DNA of 64,000 bases from positions 2,137 through 66,136 of the forward strand of contig JAHWKR010000002.1 of NCBI GenBank assembly GCA_019347805.1. The letters run 5' to 3'. Under the pieces are notes generated by a model that was given only the letters and a program-made list of their open reading frames with translations, did no database searches and was not told where the DNA came from. Shown here piece after piece: positions 21,109-31,109 of this stretch. The position numbers were made by a program, and so were the translations under genes. Source of the stretch: Methanobacteriota archaeon. Lineage in GTDB: Archaea > Thermoplasmatota > E2 > JACPAO01 > JAHWKR01. Every line of letters starts with the position of its first letter. Positions within the stretch are counted from its first letter, which is position 1.

Positions 21109-21642
21109 GTGGTCGTGCACGAGTCGCTCGCCTATCCGGTGGCCCTCGTCATGGGGCTCTTCATGGTGTCGTACCTGCCATGGGCCCCGGAGTGCGACCC
21201 GGTGGAGACGGTCTGCGTCTCGGCGGCCGACTGGTCGGGTCTGCTGCGTTTCGTCGGGGCGTGGGAGCCCGGAACGATCGTCGCTGGTCTGCAGGCGACC
21301 GGTCTCGAAGCGGCACCGCATCCGTCGGGGGGCGTGGTGGCGCATGATGGCGAGACGCGGGTCCATCTCTACACGTACGACGGCGAGCCCGGGCAGCAGA
21401 CGGTCATCTTCCTGAGCTATCATCGTGCCGTCCCGTTCGCGGCGCCGATACCAGAGGAGCGGGCAGAACTTGTCCTCGAGGCGACGTTGCGCGAGGCCGA
21501 GATGGAACTGGGGCGGATCCAGGACGCGCTCCTTTCGGCGACCGACTGGAAGCTGCCCGAGGATGAAGCACCGACCTGGTCGATCGTCTCGGACCGGAAG
21601 GGCGGCACAGGTGGATTGCTCCGTGTCGAGGCGTCACACTAG
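21109..21642 (+). CDS. Hypothetical protein with one N-terminal TM
   Basis: GTG-start ORF with good GC3 codon bias. No recognisable family. Confidence 0.35.
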   Translation: MVVHESLAYPVALVMGLFMVSYLPWAPECDPVETVCVSAADWSGLLRFVGAWEPGTIVAGLQATGLEAAPHPSGGVVAHDGETRVHLYTYDGEPGQQTVIFLSYHRAVPFAAPIPEERAELVLEATLREAEMELGRIQDALLSATDWKLPEDEAPTWSIVSDRKGGTGGLLRVEASH

Positions 21643-21744
21643 GCGAGGCCGACCATGGTCGGGCGCCGGACGTGGCCGTCCCACTCTATCGAAAAATAGA
21701 GGCCAGGATGAGGGAAAGGGAAGAGTGGAGGGGATTCGTCCGGA

Positions 21745-22197
21745 TCAGAGGCGACCGGCCGTGCGCGCGCCACCGGCGGTGGCTGAGCGCTCTTCGACCC
21801 GTTCCTTGAAGCGTTTCAGGTCGCCTTTGATGCGGGCGTCGAGGATGCCCACGGCGGCGCCCGCTTTCTCGGTCCAGGTCTCCGGGTCGAACTCGAGACG
21901 CAGGTCGATGCGTGTGCCGCCGTCGCCGCTCTCGGAGAACGTGAGTGTGCCGTTGTTCTCGGCGCCTTCGACGGAGCGCCACGAGATCCTTTCGTCCGGC
22001 ACCTGTTCGGTGATCTGCGCCGACCATTCCCGTTCCTTGCCGCCGACCTCGCCCTTGAAACGGACGCGCCTGTCGGTCACCTGCTCCGCGCTCTCGATGC
22101 CTTCCATATAGGTCGGCCATTCTTCGAAGCGGGTCCACGCCTCGTAGACCTGCCGCCGCGGTGCGTCGACCTCTATGCTCGATTCGACTTTTTCCAT
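21745..22197 (-). CDS. SRPBCC family protein (150 aa)
   Basis: ATG at 22197 is preceded by GGAGGGG. MEKVESSIEVDAPRRQVYEAWTRFEEWPTYMEG. The upstream 180 codons of the track ORF are unsupported. Confidence 0.7.
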   Translation of the reverse strand: MEKVESSIEVDAPRRQVYEAWTRFEEWPTYMEGIESAEQVTDRRVRFKGEVGGKEREWSAQITEQVPDERISWRSVEGAENNGTLTFSESGDGGTRIDLRLEFDPETWTEKAGAAVGILDARIKGDLKRFKERVEERSATAGGARTAGRL

Positions 22198-22289
22198 GTG
22201 CCCCTCCATGTCGCTGGTCGGACCATGGGGTTTGCGTTGGGGGTCGGCGGCTTCGGATGACACGTCAAGACCGGGTCGTTTCGGGTGTC

Positions 22290-22739
22290 TTAGTGTGCCA
22301 GCTCGTTGCGCTTCGGCTCCATCCGACCGGGGGTCTCCATGTATTCCTTGAACCTGCGCAGGTCTGTGTTCATGCGGTACTTGAGCAGCCCGAGATTGGC
22401 GCCTGCCTTCCCCATCCATGTGGTGGGGTCGACGTCGAGCCGGAGGAGGACGCGCGTCTTGTTCTGTCCGCTGTCGGTGAAATGGATGGTGCCGGCGATG
22501 GGGATCCCGTCGACGCTTTGCCAGGCGATCCGCTCGTAGGGCATATCTTCCATGACCTGCACGGACCAGCGGCGGGGCTTGCCTGCGACCTTGCCGAGGA
22601 CGCGGAGACGGCGGTTGGTCACCGGCCACACCTCGTCGATCCCGGTCATGAAGCGGGGAAGGTCCTCGAAACGCGTCCAGAGCCCGTAGACGTTCTCCCT
22701 TGTGGCATTGACCTCGATGCTGGCTTCGACGTGGACCAT
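22290..22739 (-). CDS. SRPBCC family protein (tandem paralog)
   Basis: MVHVEASIEVNATRENVYGLWTRFEDLPRFMTG; about 45% identical to the neighbouring SRPBCC. Confidence 0.7.
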   Translation of the reverse strand: MVHVEASIEVNATRENVYGLWTRFEDLPRFMTGIDEVWPVTNRRLRVLGKVAGKPRRWSVQVMEDMPYERIAWQSVDGIPIAGTIHFTDSGQNKTRVLLRLDVDPTTWMGKAGANLGLLKYRMNTDLRRFKEYMETPGRMEPKRNELAH

Positions 22740-22863
22740 GCTGCATCGTGTCGCATCTCGGCGCTATTGGGGGTTTCGGTCGCGGGTGGCGGAGCCGGAT
22801 GACGCATCAAGGTGCCACCAAGGCCGTCCTAGGACGTGTCTCGAGGAGACGTCCGCGAACGGT

Positions 22864-23679
22864 TCATTGTGTCTTGGCGGTTACGGCGAGACCGGCGTCG
22901 CGCGCAAGGCCTTCCCAGAACACCTGCACACCGTCGAGCATCTCGCGGGCGCCGGCAAGGAAGCGGTCCGGGTCGAACTCAGGATGCGCGAACGCCTCCT
23001 CGAGCTCTTCGTCGGTGTGGTCGGCGTGTTGCTGTTCGAGCTGGTCGTGCCAGGTCCAGAAGCCGAGCGACAGGTCGAGGCCTTCCTTCTCCTTGAACGC
23101 CTTGAGCCCGGCGACGAGCTGTTTCCAGAACCCGGCGTTGGCCCAATGCTCGACCGCATAGGACGCCCCGGCTCCGGTGGAATAGTCCTCCGAGCCGTAG
23201 ATGCGCGACAGTTCGTCGACGAAGTGGAGCGTGGAGGGCGTGCCGTGCCGACGCTTGCCGAGAGCGTTGAAACCGAGTCCGAGCGGTTCGGCGAAACGGA
23301 TGAGCCATTCGAAGTGGGCGGCGCGGTGATGATAGGTGCCGCCCTCCACGGTGCCTTCGACACCGACCAACTCCGGGTCCACGTCTTTTCCCGCGGTCCG
23401 GCCGGGGCTGTCGGCGCGGAAGACGACGCCGAGTTCGTTCATGAGGATCTCTTTGCCTTCCCGGTACGACTCGAGCGAGGTGGCGTTCAGGACCTTGCGC
23501 AGTTGCGCCTGGATGAACCATTGGCTGAAGACCGAGAACTGGACGGTCAGGTGGCGCACGTCGTCGCGGCAGAGGTCGCCTTGGGCGAACCATGCACAAT
23601 AGGAATTGGCGCGGACGATGGGATGAGCGTTCACGAGGTCTTCCGCCTTCGTGCGGAAGGCTTCGAGGCGAGTGGACAT
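22864..23679 (-). CDS. Heme-oxygenase-like fold protein (iron-containing redox enzyme / PqqC-TenA-CADD superfamily), tentative
   Basis: A 271-aa helical protein with conserved E/H-containing helices (HFEWLIRFAEPLG, YAVEHWANAG, E..H...E). Assignment is by pattern only. Confidence 0.4.
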   Translation of the reverse strand: MSTRLEAFRTKAEDLVNAHPIVRANSYCAWFAQGDLCRDDVRHLTVQFSVFSQWFIQAQLRKVLNATSLESYREGKEILMNELGVVFRADSPGRTAGKDVDPELVGVEGTVEGGTYHHRAAHFEWLIRFAEPLGLGFNALGKRRHGTPSTLHFVDELSRIYGSEDYSTGAGASYAVEHWANAGFWKQLVAGLKAFKEKEGLDLSLGFWTWHDQLEQQHADHTDEELEEAFAHPEFDPDRFLAGAREMLDGVQVFWEGLARDAGLAVTAKTQ

Positions 23680-23910
23680 GACTGACCGTTCCTGCTACTC
23701 TCTGAAGAGATAAACATTGTTGTGCATTCTGGTCCAATATAACGGGTGCCTCGACCGGTGGAGCGCGGCCGTTCTGAGCTCCGGCCATTGACCGCACGAG
23801 TAGGAACCGTTGGACGCCATCGAGCCATCGCCACGCGCCGCCGTTCCGGGTCGACCCCAGTGTCCCCATTTCATGCACCCCCGCCCGTTCGTGCCTCGCC
23901 CTGTCACGAC

Positions 23911-24192
23911 ATGTCTATCAAGGTCGGTCCCTCCCTACGACCTTGGTTTCGCATGGCGCTGGACAAGGGCACCGAGAAGAAGATGAGGAAAGAGATCGGC
24001 CGTCTCGAGAAGAAGAAGGAGAAGGTGGCGGTCAAGTTGGACGCCCTCGAGGCGAAGGCGAAGAAGGGCAAGATCGATGTCGGGAAGTTCCAGGCCAAGA
24101 AGATCGAGCTCGTCCAGAGGTCACGCGCCTACGACATGTCGATGCGCAAGCGCCAGGGCAGCCTGGGGAAGGCCGTCGCATCACGCCGATAA
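23911..24192 (+). CDS. Small Lys-rich coiled-coil protein (93 aa), unknown
   Basis: ATG at 23911 follows an AT-rich divergent promoter region. KEIGRLEKKKEKVAVKLDALEAKAKKGK. Confidence 0.4.
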   Translation: MSIKVGPSLRPWFRMALDKGTEKKMRKEIGRLEKKKEKVAVKLDALEAKAKKGKIDVGKFQAKKIELVQRSRAYDMSMRKRQGSLGKAVASRR

Positions 24193-24198
24193 GCCGGC

Positions 24199-25086
24199 TC
24201 AGGCGGGTGGCGCACCGGGCGTCGCCGTCGTGAACGTCCACTCCCCGCGGACGAGCTGCCAGCTCCTCTCATCGTTCGCGGTGTCCGTGAGCCAGGGGGT
24301 GCGGTCGCGTTCCCCTCCTGTCGGGTCCCAGAATACGACCTGTTCCTCCTCGTTGTCGAGCCACTGCGCGTCTTGCCGTACGATGAGGAACGCGCCCGGG
24401 TCCAGAAACGTTTCATCCGACAGCGTCACGTTGACGCGAAGACCATGCATGGTCCCCACCGTCCAACCGCCGAGGTCGACGGTCGCCGTTCCTTTGTTGT
24501 GGATTTCGACCCATTCATCACCGTGATCGGTACCGTTCGGGTTCTGCTCGAGCTCGGTGATGCGGATGTTGACAAGGGGTTCCGGTCCGCAGCCGTCCCC
24601 GTTCAGGCTCGTCTTCCCGATGAGCCGCAGGCTCCAGTCTACCGCGAAGCCGACGCGTTGGCGTATGGAGAGGTCGAAAGGGCCGGGCTCGGCGAGCTCG
24701 CCGAGATAGATGCCGGTCGCGGGCCGGAGCAGGATGCGGTCGGCGCGCTCTCCGTCCTTCTCGACGGTCACGATCATGGAGAAATCGAGTTCGACGAGGG
24801 GACGGTCCTGACCGGTGAGGTTCTTGGGGGCATAGAGGAGGTCGAGGTAGAGGCGCCGCTCACACCCCTCGGCAGTGGCGTTCCACGTGCGCATGTTGAA
24901 CGGGACAGGTTCCCGGATGCCGATGCCAAGGAGCCCTGCGACGAACGTTCCGTTCGTCCATGGGATGATGACCTTCTCCTCCATGGTGGAGGCGGTGGCC
25001 ACGGCGCCGTCGCCCGATTCGCCCAGCGCGGGCTGGGGGCCAAGTAGGACGACAAGGACGAGCGCCAGGAGCGCGCGCGGCACCAC
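24199..25086 (-). CDS. Secreted protein with lamin-tail domain (LTD)
   Basis: Signal peptide MVPRALLALVLVVLLGPQPALG. LTD motif VNIRITELEQNPNGTDHGDEWVEIHNKGTATVDLGGWTV. Confidence 0.6.
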   Translation of the reverse strand: MVPRALLALVLVVLLGPQPALGESGDGAVATASTMEEKVIIPWTNGTFVAGLLGIGIREPVPFNMRTWNATAEGCERRLYLDLLYAPKNLTGQDRPLVELDFSMIVTVEKDGERADRILLRPATGIYLGELAEPGPFDLSIRQRVGFAVDWSLRLIGKTSLNGDGCGPEPLVNIRITELEQNPNGTDHGDEWVEIHNKGTATVDLGGWTVGTMHGLRVNVTLSDETFLDPGAFLIVRQDAQWLDNEEEQVVFWDPTGGERDRTPWLTDTANDERSWQLVRGEWTFTTATPGAPPA

Positions 25087-25192
25087 GGCCGTCCATGCGG
25101 GGGACGAAATAAAGAGGTTAGGGAGAGAGCGGGGGAAAGGGGTCTGGGGAAGGGGCTTAGCCCCTTCCCCAAGACCGACGTCCTCGGAGAGT

Positions 25193-26884
25193 CTATCCCT
25201 TCGTCACGTGGAAGTTGTCGACGCCCCATCCATCGTAGGCGTTCGCGGTGCTGTCGACCGAGTCGAACCAGAACCGGACGTAGACGGACGAGTCACCGGT
25301 CCAGCCCGAGAGGTCGTAACTCTCGGCGCCCCAACTGAGCTGGTTCGCGTTGCGGGAGTCCCACTGCTCGAGCGTGGTCCACGTGCACGAGGTGCAGCTT
25401 GCGACCTGGACGCGCATGATGTCGTACGCGCCACCGGAGTAGGATTCGGTCTCCCACTTGTGGTCGAACGACAGTGCCGCCGACGAAGCCCCGGAGAGGT
25501 CGACCGCCGTCTGGGCCCATCCGGTCGCGCGGCTCCCGGTCGAATAATCGCAGTCCGCTTGGTTGAACTGCAGCGATCGTCCGCCGTTGCCCCCGAGGCA
25601 GCCCGACGAGAGGCGCCAGAGGTCACCGGAACCGCTCGACTTGGTGAACGACGTGGAGCCTTCGAAGTCCTCGGAGTAGACGGTGGTCTGTCCACCGCCT
25701 CCGCCCCCGCCGGAACCGGCGTTCGCGACGACCGCGGCGGCATTGACGCCACCGTAGCCGAAGAACTGGTCCCAACCAGCCGAGCCGAGGTCGTTCGCGG
25801 TCGACGTAAGGAGGCTGCGCAACTCCGTGTTCGTGAGCGTGGGGTTCACGGATAGGCCGAGTCCGGCGGTGCCCGAGACGATGGGGGTCGCCATCGAGGT
25901 GCCGTCCAGGTAGACGTAGTCCGCGTTGTTGCGGTTGTACGCGGCCGCGATCTCTACACCCGGGGCCGAGATGTCGAGTTCGGCCCCGTAGTTGGAGAAA
26001 GACGCCTTGTCGCGGTTCTTGTCGTAGGCGCCGACCGCCATGGAGTTGGCGTACTTGGCGGGGTATCCGATGGGCCCGTTGTCGTTCCCCGATGCCGAGA
26101 TGACAAGCGCACCCGAGTTGTGGGCGTAATCGACGGCGTTCTTGAGCTCGGTCGTGCCGCTCGATGCGCCGAGGCTCATCGAGATGATGTCGGCACCCTG
26201 GTCCGCGGCCCAGGTGATCCCGTTCGAGATCTGACTGAACGACCCGGACCCGGCATTGTTGAGCACCCGCACCGGCAAGATGGTCACTTGCGCGACCCCG
26301 GCGACGCCTTTGCCGTTGTTGGTGAGACCAGCGGCGGTGGAGGCGACATGCGTACCATGACCGTTCCCGTCCTGGGGCGTGTTGTCACCGTCGATGAAAT
26401 CCCATCCCTGGAGATAGTTGCCGATGTCTTCGTGGCTCTTGCGCAGGCCGGTGTCGAGAACGGCCAGTTTGATGCTCGTGGAGCCGAGTGTCGTGTCCCA
26501 TGCGGTCTGGGCGCCGACGTCCTTGATGCCCCATTGGCAACAGTCGAAATATTGTTCGCTCGGCGTGAAGTAAGCCTCGAACGCCATCTCGTCGTAGTGA
26601 TGATAGCGGACGTTCGGGTCCTCGAAGGCACGAACGCTGAACGCCACCGGGTCGGTGACCTCAAGGACGACGAACTGCACGGCGAAGTTCACCGACAGCA
26701 CTTCATAGCCGAGGTATGTGGATCCGGCCATGAGGTCACGAGGGACCTCATGAAGACCGACCACATAGGGACCGGGTACGAGAGCCACATCGGGCGCCGA
26801 CAAGGGCTCCGGTGAGGCGAGGGTCGCGGCGGGTAGAGCAAGAAGAAGAAAGCTGGTCAAGATCACTGCTGTTGTTCGTTTCAA
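25193..26884 (-). CDS. Subtilisin-like serine protease (S8) with C-terminal beta-rich domain
   Basis: D/H/S catalytic motifs (LDTG, HGTHVAST, GTSMATP). The TTG start gives MKRTTAVILTSFLLLALPAATLA with GGAGGAGG upstream; the track start 7 codons further up is an in-frame TTG inside the RBS. Confidence 0.85.
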   Translation of the reverse strand: MKRTTAVILTSFLLLALPAATLASPEPLSAPDVALVPGPYVVGLHEVPRDLMAGSTYLGYEVLSVNFAVQFVVLEVTDPVAFSVRAFEDPNVRYHHYDEMAFEAYFTPSEQYFDCCQWGIKDVGAQTAWDTTLGSTSIKLAVLDTGLRKSHEDIGNYLQGWDFIDGDNTPQDGNGHGTHVASTAAGLTNNGKGVAGVAQVTILPVRVLNNAGSGSFSQISNGITWAADQGADIISMSLGASSGTTELKNAVDYAHNSGALVISASGNDNGPIGYPAKYANSMAVGAYDKNRDKASFSNYGAELDISAPGVEIAAAYNRNNADYVYLDGTSMATPIVSGTAGLGLSVNPTLTNTELRSLLTSTANDLGSAGWDQFFGYGGVNAAAVVANAGSGGGGGGGQTTVYSEDFEGSTSFTKSSGSGDLWRLSSGCLGGNGGRSLQFNQADCDYSTGSRATGWAQTAVDLSGASSAALSFDHKWETESYSGGAYDIMRVQVASCTSCTWTTLEQWDSRNANQLSWGAESYDLSGWTGDSSVYVRFWFDSVDSTANAYDGWGVDNFHVTKG

Positions 26885-27237
26885 AACGCACGTACCTCCT
26901 CCCAAGACATGGGAGAACGGGCGCGAGAACTTGGACCTGATTTTAGTCCTTGCGACTTGTGGACAAGGCGCACGGCATTCATCCCGCGGGGCGGCGCTAC
27001 AGACATCCGCCGGACTGCTTCAGGAATGCGTGGGAAGATTGGACAGAAAGCGCCTCCCGATAGCCGTCTACTAACGATTCCGGGGCGAGTCATGACATGT
27101 CCATGGTCGCAGAACCATGCAACCTGTTGGTTGCAGAATGGGCGTCGCCGTGACCTCCCGAGGGGGAGCGAGAATGCCAGGGGTCACCAGTGGCCGCCTC
27201 GAAGGCCCTTTCAACCTGTGTCTGCCTAGGCCGGGAC

Positions 27238-28125
27238 ATGGGCACCCGGAGCCTCGCCACGCTCGTCCTCGCCACCACGCTCCTTGCCGGTTGCCTGGGA
27301 GGTGGCCCGCAGAGTGCCAACGACGACCCGGACGGGACCGAAGCGCTCACCTCGACAGGGACACCGACCTCCGGAGCCGACGTGAGCGGGACCGACAAAG
27401 AGACGACGGGGGACGACCCGGACGAAGGGGACGGCGGCACGTCGTCGGACGACCAAGGATCCGATACGGGGAACGACACCCGAGAGCCCTCGCCTCCGCA
27501 GGAACAGGAAAAAAGCAACCCCGACGAACTGGAACGGCCGGGCGACTATGCGCTTCTTCCGTACCGGAAGGACCGCGATACGACGGTTCGGCTCGATGTA
27601 CCGGAGTGGAAGACCGGCGACCGGTGGACCTGGACCTGGGACGTGCTTGCACCCTGCCAGGCAGGCCCCGGCGGCTCCGAAGTGCCATACGAGTACAGCG
27701 ATAAGGTCGGGCTCATGCGATGGGAACATGGGGTGGCGGCCTACGATGTCGAACGGACCGTCACCTGCGGGGAAGAGACGGCCTCCCAGCACGACCTCAC
27801 TTTCCTTGAGGAACACCTCGTCCCGATCGAGGACGACGGCTATGTCGCTCGGCTGCTTTTGTTCCCGCTCGAGGACGGCAAACGTTGGATCTGGATGAAC
27901 GGCGATGGCCACAACCACACGTCCGAGATCAGCTATCTCCCGCAATACATCTGGAACGGCAAGGTCGTCACCGCCTGGAAAGTCGTGAGCGAACACGAGA
28001 GCGGACGTTTCGTCCAGGAGCGGGTCTTCTCGGACCACGCCGACAACCTGCTCGCCACACAGGACCGGTTCGACGGTGCGCCTGTCGCCGAAGGAAGACT
28101 CAAGTCTTTCCAGAGGGCCTCCTGA
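27238..28125 (+). CDS. Acidic lipoprotein, unknown (paralog of next gene)
   Basis: MGTRSLATLVLATTLLAGC lipobox and a Ser/Asp/Gly-rich linker. Shares the FPLEDGKRW motif with its neighbour. Confidence 0.55.
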   Translation: MGTRSLATLVLATTLLAGCLGGGPQSANDDPDGTEALTSTGTPTSGADVSGTDKETTGDDPDEGDGGTSSDDQGSDTGNDTREPSPPQEQEKSNPDELERPGDYALLPYRKDRDTTVRLDVPEWKTGDRWTWTWDVLAPCQAGPGGSEVPYEYSDKVGLMRWEHGVAAYDVERTVTCGEETASQHDLTFLEEHLVPIEDDGYVARLLLFPLEDGKRWIWMNGDGHNHTSEISYLPQYIWNGKVVTAWKVVSEHESGRFVQERVFSDHADNLLATQDRFDGAPVAEGRLKSFQRAS

Positions 28126-28808
28126 TGCGCCACCTCGTCGTCTGTTCGTTCTTCCTGATGGTCGCGTTCTCCGGATGCACGGAGAGCGAGGAGCGTCCGG
28201 ACCCCGTCACCGAGGTCGACGCGTTGCCGTATCGTGACGACCGTGACCCTGACCTGCGCTTCGAGGTGCCGGTGTGGGAGGTCGGGGACACGTGGCGCTA
28301 TGAATATGTCCCGGAGGACCACGAAGAGGTGTGCAAGGGCATCCCGGACCCGAAGCCGTTCCTGTCGCGCGACGAGGTGGTCGGCGAGGGCACCCGCCAT
28401 GACCTGGAAGCGGAGCCGGAGATCTACCGCGTCCGCAGCTTCATCCATGATTGCGAAGGTGGACCCATCGGCGAGCGCGACCGCGACCACTTGAAGGCGC
28501 ATCTCGTCCCGCTCGACGATGATGGCAGCTGGGAACAGAAGATGCTCTTCCCGCTCGAGGACGGAAAACGTTGGCGTTATCATCCGCCGGGAGGTGTCGA
28601 GGTGACGGCCGAGGCGAGCCATGTCCCCGAGTATTCATGGAACGGCAGGACGGTGCAGGCATGGAAGGTCCACCTTGCATCGGAGGCCGCCGAGGAGACG
28701 TTCTGGTTCGGCGTCACCGCCGAGAACATCCTCTTCAAGGAGAGCCATCGCATCACGGAAGAGGGGAAAGAGCCGATGGGGACGGTGCGGCTCATCGACC
28801 GTTCATGA
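28125..28808 (+). CDS. Lipoprotein, unknown (paralog)
   Basis: MRHLVVCSFFLMVAFSGC. Its start overlaps the upstream stop (TGATG). Shares the FPLEDGKRW motif. Confidence 0.55.
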   Translation: MRHLVVCSFFLMVAFSGCTESEERPDPVTEVDALPYRDDRDPDLRFEVPVWEVGDTWRYEYVPEDHEEVCKGIPDPKPFLSRDEVVGEGTRHDLEAEPEIYRVRSFIHDCEGGPIGERDRDHLKAHLVPLDDDGSWEQKMLFPLEDGKRWRYHPPGGVEVTAEASHVPEYSWNGRTVQAWKVHLASEAAEETFWFGVTAENILFKESHRITEEGKEPMGTVRLIDRS

Positions 28809-29480
28809 GCGCCCTGCCACCACGACGACCCGTGAACGCGTCCGCTCCACACCGCCATAGCGCACGGCGAAGCGCTCTTCTTCGGCTGATTCGACACGTA
28901 GCCCGCCATCGACGAGGAGCGTCTCCAGCTCGCCGGAGCGGAAGTAGTGCGTGAGGACGCCGTGGCCACGTCGATAGGTGCCTTGTTCCACCTCTTCGCC
29001 GGACCCGGCGCGGAAGTCGTCGACGGTGAACTCCGTCGCCAACAGCACACCGTCATGGGCGACGACGCGTGCGAGTTCCCGCGCCGCCTGCACGCGGTCG
29101 GCTTCGACAAGGTGGCCGAGGATGTGCACCGCCCGCACAACCCCGAAAGCACCGGCGTCGAACGGGAGCGAACGGACGTCCGCCTGGACCCATCGTGCAT
29201 CCGCATTCTCATGTTCCCCACCTGCGGCACGTGCGAGTCGGAGCCCTTGGCGCGAAGCGTCCACGCCCACTGGGGTCGTGTCGATGGCGTGCGCGAGCGG
29301 CACGAGTCCCTTGCCGTCGCCGCACCCGGCGTCGAGCCAACGCACCGAGGCCAGACCCGGCCGCTCGTCGAGCAGACGACGGGTCGCCGCATCGAGACGC
29401 ACGCCACGCCACAGGCGTCCTTGGAGCCGGTAGGCCTCCTCCCATGGTCTCGGCGCGACCCTCCGGGGCAATAGCCTCAC
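28803..29480 (-). CDS. Class I SAM-dependent methyltransferase
   Basis: Motif I WLDAGCGDGKGL. The probable GTG start at ~29480 abuts the stop of the upstream gene; the longer track ORF is Arg-rich junk. Confidence 0.6.
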   Translation of the reverse strand: MRLLPRRVAPRPWEEAYRLQGRLWRGVRLDAATRRLLDERPGLASVRWLDAGCGDGKGLVPLAHAIDTTPVGVDASRQGLRLARAAGGEHENADARWVQADVRSLPFDAGAFGVVRAVHILGHLVEADRVQAARELARVVAHDGVLLATEFTVDDFRAGSGEEVEQGTYRRGHGVLTHYFRSGELETLLVDGGLRVESAEEERFAVRYGGVERTRSRVVVVAGRS

Positions 29481-31039
29481 CGGCGGCGGCGCGACGTGAA
29501 GCCGGCCAACAGGACGGCGGCGATCGGGATCCAGATGGGCACAGGGGTCTTCGACGAGACGTCGGAAGTGCCTGCAGAGGCGTCGGGGACGAGCACGAAG
29601 GTGATATGCAGGACCTCCGCATTGCGCGGATGCAGGACCAGTTCCACCTCGGTCTCCTTTTCCATGCCTTCCGGTACGTCGAACGAGACCGGCAGCCATG
29701 CCGTGGCGTGCGGTCCCAGGCGGACCTGCCCGTCGGGGGTCCAGAACATCGCTCCGACGGCGTCGATGAAGGCGCGCGACAAACGATCGTCCAAGACGCG
29801 TTCGTCCTCCCAGTGGTCTCCTAGACGTGCCTCGATGTGGTCGTCGTTGCGGCCGATGGTCGGCCGGATGTCGATGGCGCTCCCGACGCCGGACACTTCG
29901 TGGACACCCATCATGGTTCGGAACGTCTTCCCGGGTGGGACGCGAAGCGTCACGGTGAGCGTGTCTCCGTCGCGGGAGGGATGGTCGATGTCGATCTCGC
30001 TCTCGATCCAGACGCGGGTCCCTTCGACGACCTGGTGGGTGCCGCCGCGCACATCGAGGGTCGTGAGTGTGGCGTTGTAGACGAATCGGTCGAGCTCGGC
30101 GACGTGCACCGCGACCTCTTCGAAAACAAGGATCTTGTCGCGCAGGTGCAGGGTGCCCTGTGCCTGATGGATGTGGAGGGTGCCGAGCGGGTCGACCGTC
30201 CGGTATCCACCAAGCGCGGATCCGGCCGCATCCGGCGAATGGACCTCGAGGGTCTTCGGGACGAAGTGGAACGCGGGTGCGCCGAGGACGACACGCTGTC
30301 CGGCATCTAGGATGATGGTGCCGTTCACGTCGTTGGCGTGCCGGTCTTGTTCGTCCACCGGCCCCCAGCGCACGCGCACATCGCGGATCTGTGCCTCACC
30401 CTTGGGGGTGGCGGCGAGGTCGGGACGTCCTTCCGGGGCGTCCGCGTCGAGCGGGAAGGGATAGCCTGCGAAGTGGAGCTTCGCCATACCGGAGTCGAGG
30501 GTCACGGGATGATGGATGTCGAGCTCCAGGTCGCCATCGAGGGTGATGCCGCCTTCGGGTGCCGTGATGTAGAGCGCGGCGTCGTCGAGCGGGACCGTGC
30601 CCCCGGCGTGGACGATGCGACCTGCTGCGCCGCGGATGTGGAGGAGGTCGCGGCCCGATTCCAGGTCTCCTTGGATGGTCGGGTCGTCGGTCACGGCTTC
30701 GGGACGTGGTGGTGCGTCGGCGAACCGTGCAGCGGTCCGTTCGATGATGTGGGTGGCGCTGAGCCCGCCGGTGTCGGTCTCGATGCGCATGCCCTGCAGC
30801 ACGACCGTCTCCACCGGGCCGTCGTAGCGGAACGGGTGCGGCGAGCGGAAGCCGGAATCGCTGTGGATCAGGTAGGCTTCCTGTTCCGGTCGCGGGGGCC
30901 GCCAATCGTCCTCGGCGCGATAGCGGTCGGTGGCGTCGTCGACGGCGCTCACGCATCCTGCACTAAGGAACGCCACGAGAAGGGTGACAGTCGCGACGAG
31001 GCGAGGCCTGTAGATCCTGGGAGACGGGCCGCGGGACAC
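29477..31039 (-). CDS. Large lipoprotein with C-terminal TM anchor ending RRRR
   Basis: LVATVTLLVAFLSAGC lipobox. C-terminus PVPIWIPIAAVLLAGFTSRRRR*. Confidence 0.5.
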   Translation of the reverse strand: MSRGPSPRIYRPRLVATVTLLVAFLSAGCVSAVDDATDRYRAEDDWRPPRPEQEAYLIHSDSGFRSPHPFRYDGPVETVVLQGMRIETDTGGLSATHIIERTAARFADAPPRPEAVTDDPTIQGDLESGRDLLHIRGAAGRIVHAGGTVPLDDAALYITAPEGGITLDGDLELDIHHPVTLDSGMAKLHFAGYPFPLDADAPEGRPDLAATPKGEAQIRDVRVRWGPVDEQDRHANDVNGTIILDAGQRVVLGAPAFHFVPKTLEVHSPDAAGSALGGYRTVDPLGTLHIHQAQGTLHLRDKILVFEEVAVHVAELDRFVYNATLTTLDVRGGTHQVVEGTRVWIESEIDIDHPSRDGDTLTVTLRVPPGKTFRTMMGVHEVSGVGSAIDIRPTIGRNDDHIEARLGDHWEDERVLDDRLSRAFIDAVGAMFWTPDGQVRLGPHATAWLPVSFDVPEGMEKETEVELVLHPRNAEVLHITFVLVPDASAGTSDVSSKTPVPIWIPIAAVLLAGFTSRRRR

Positions 31040-31109
31040 GGGGACCGCCTCTTGTCAGGGTGTACTTGTATATAGCGCCCGGGCGCGGTGGGCTCTGGAG
31101 CGGGTCCGT

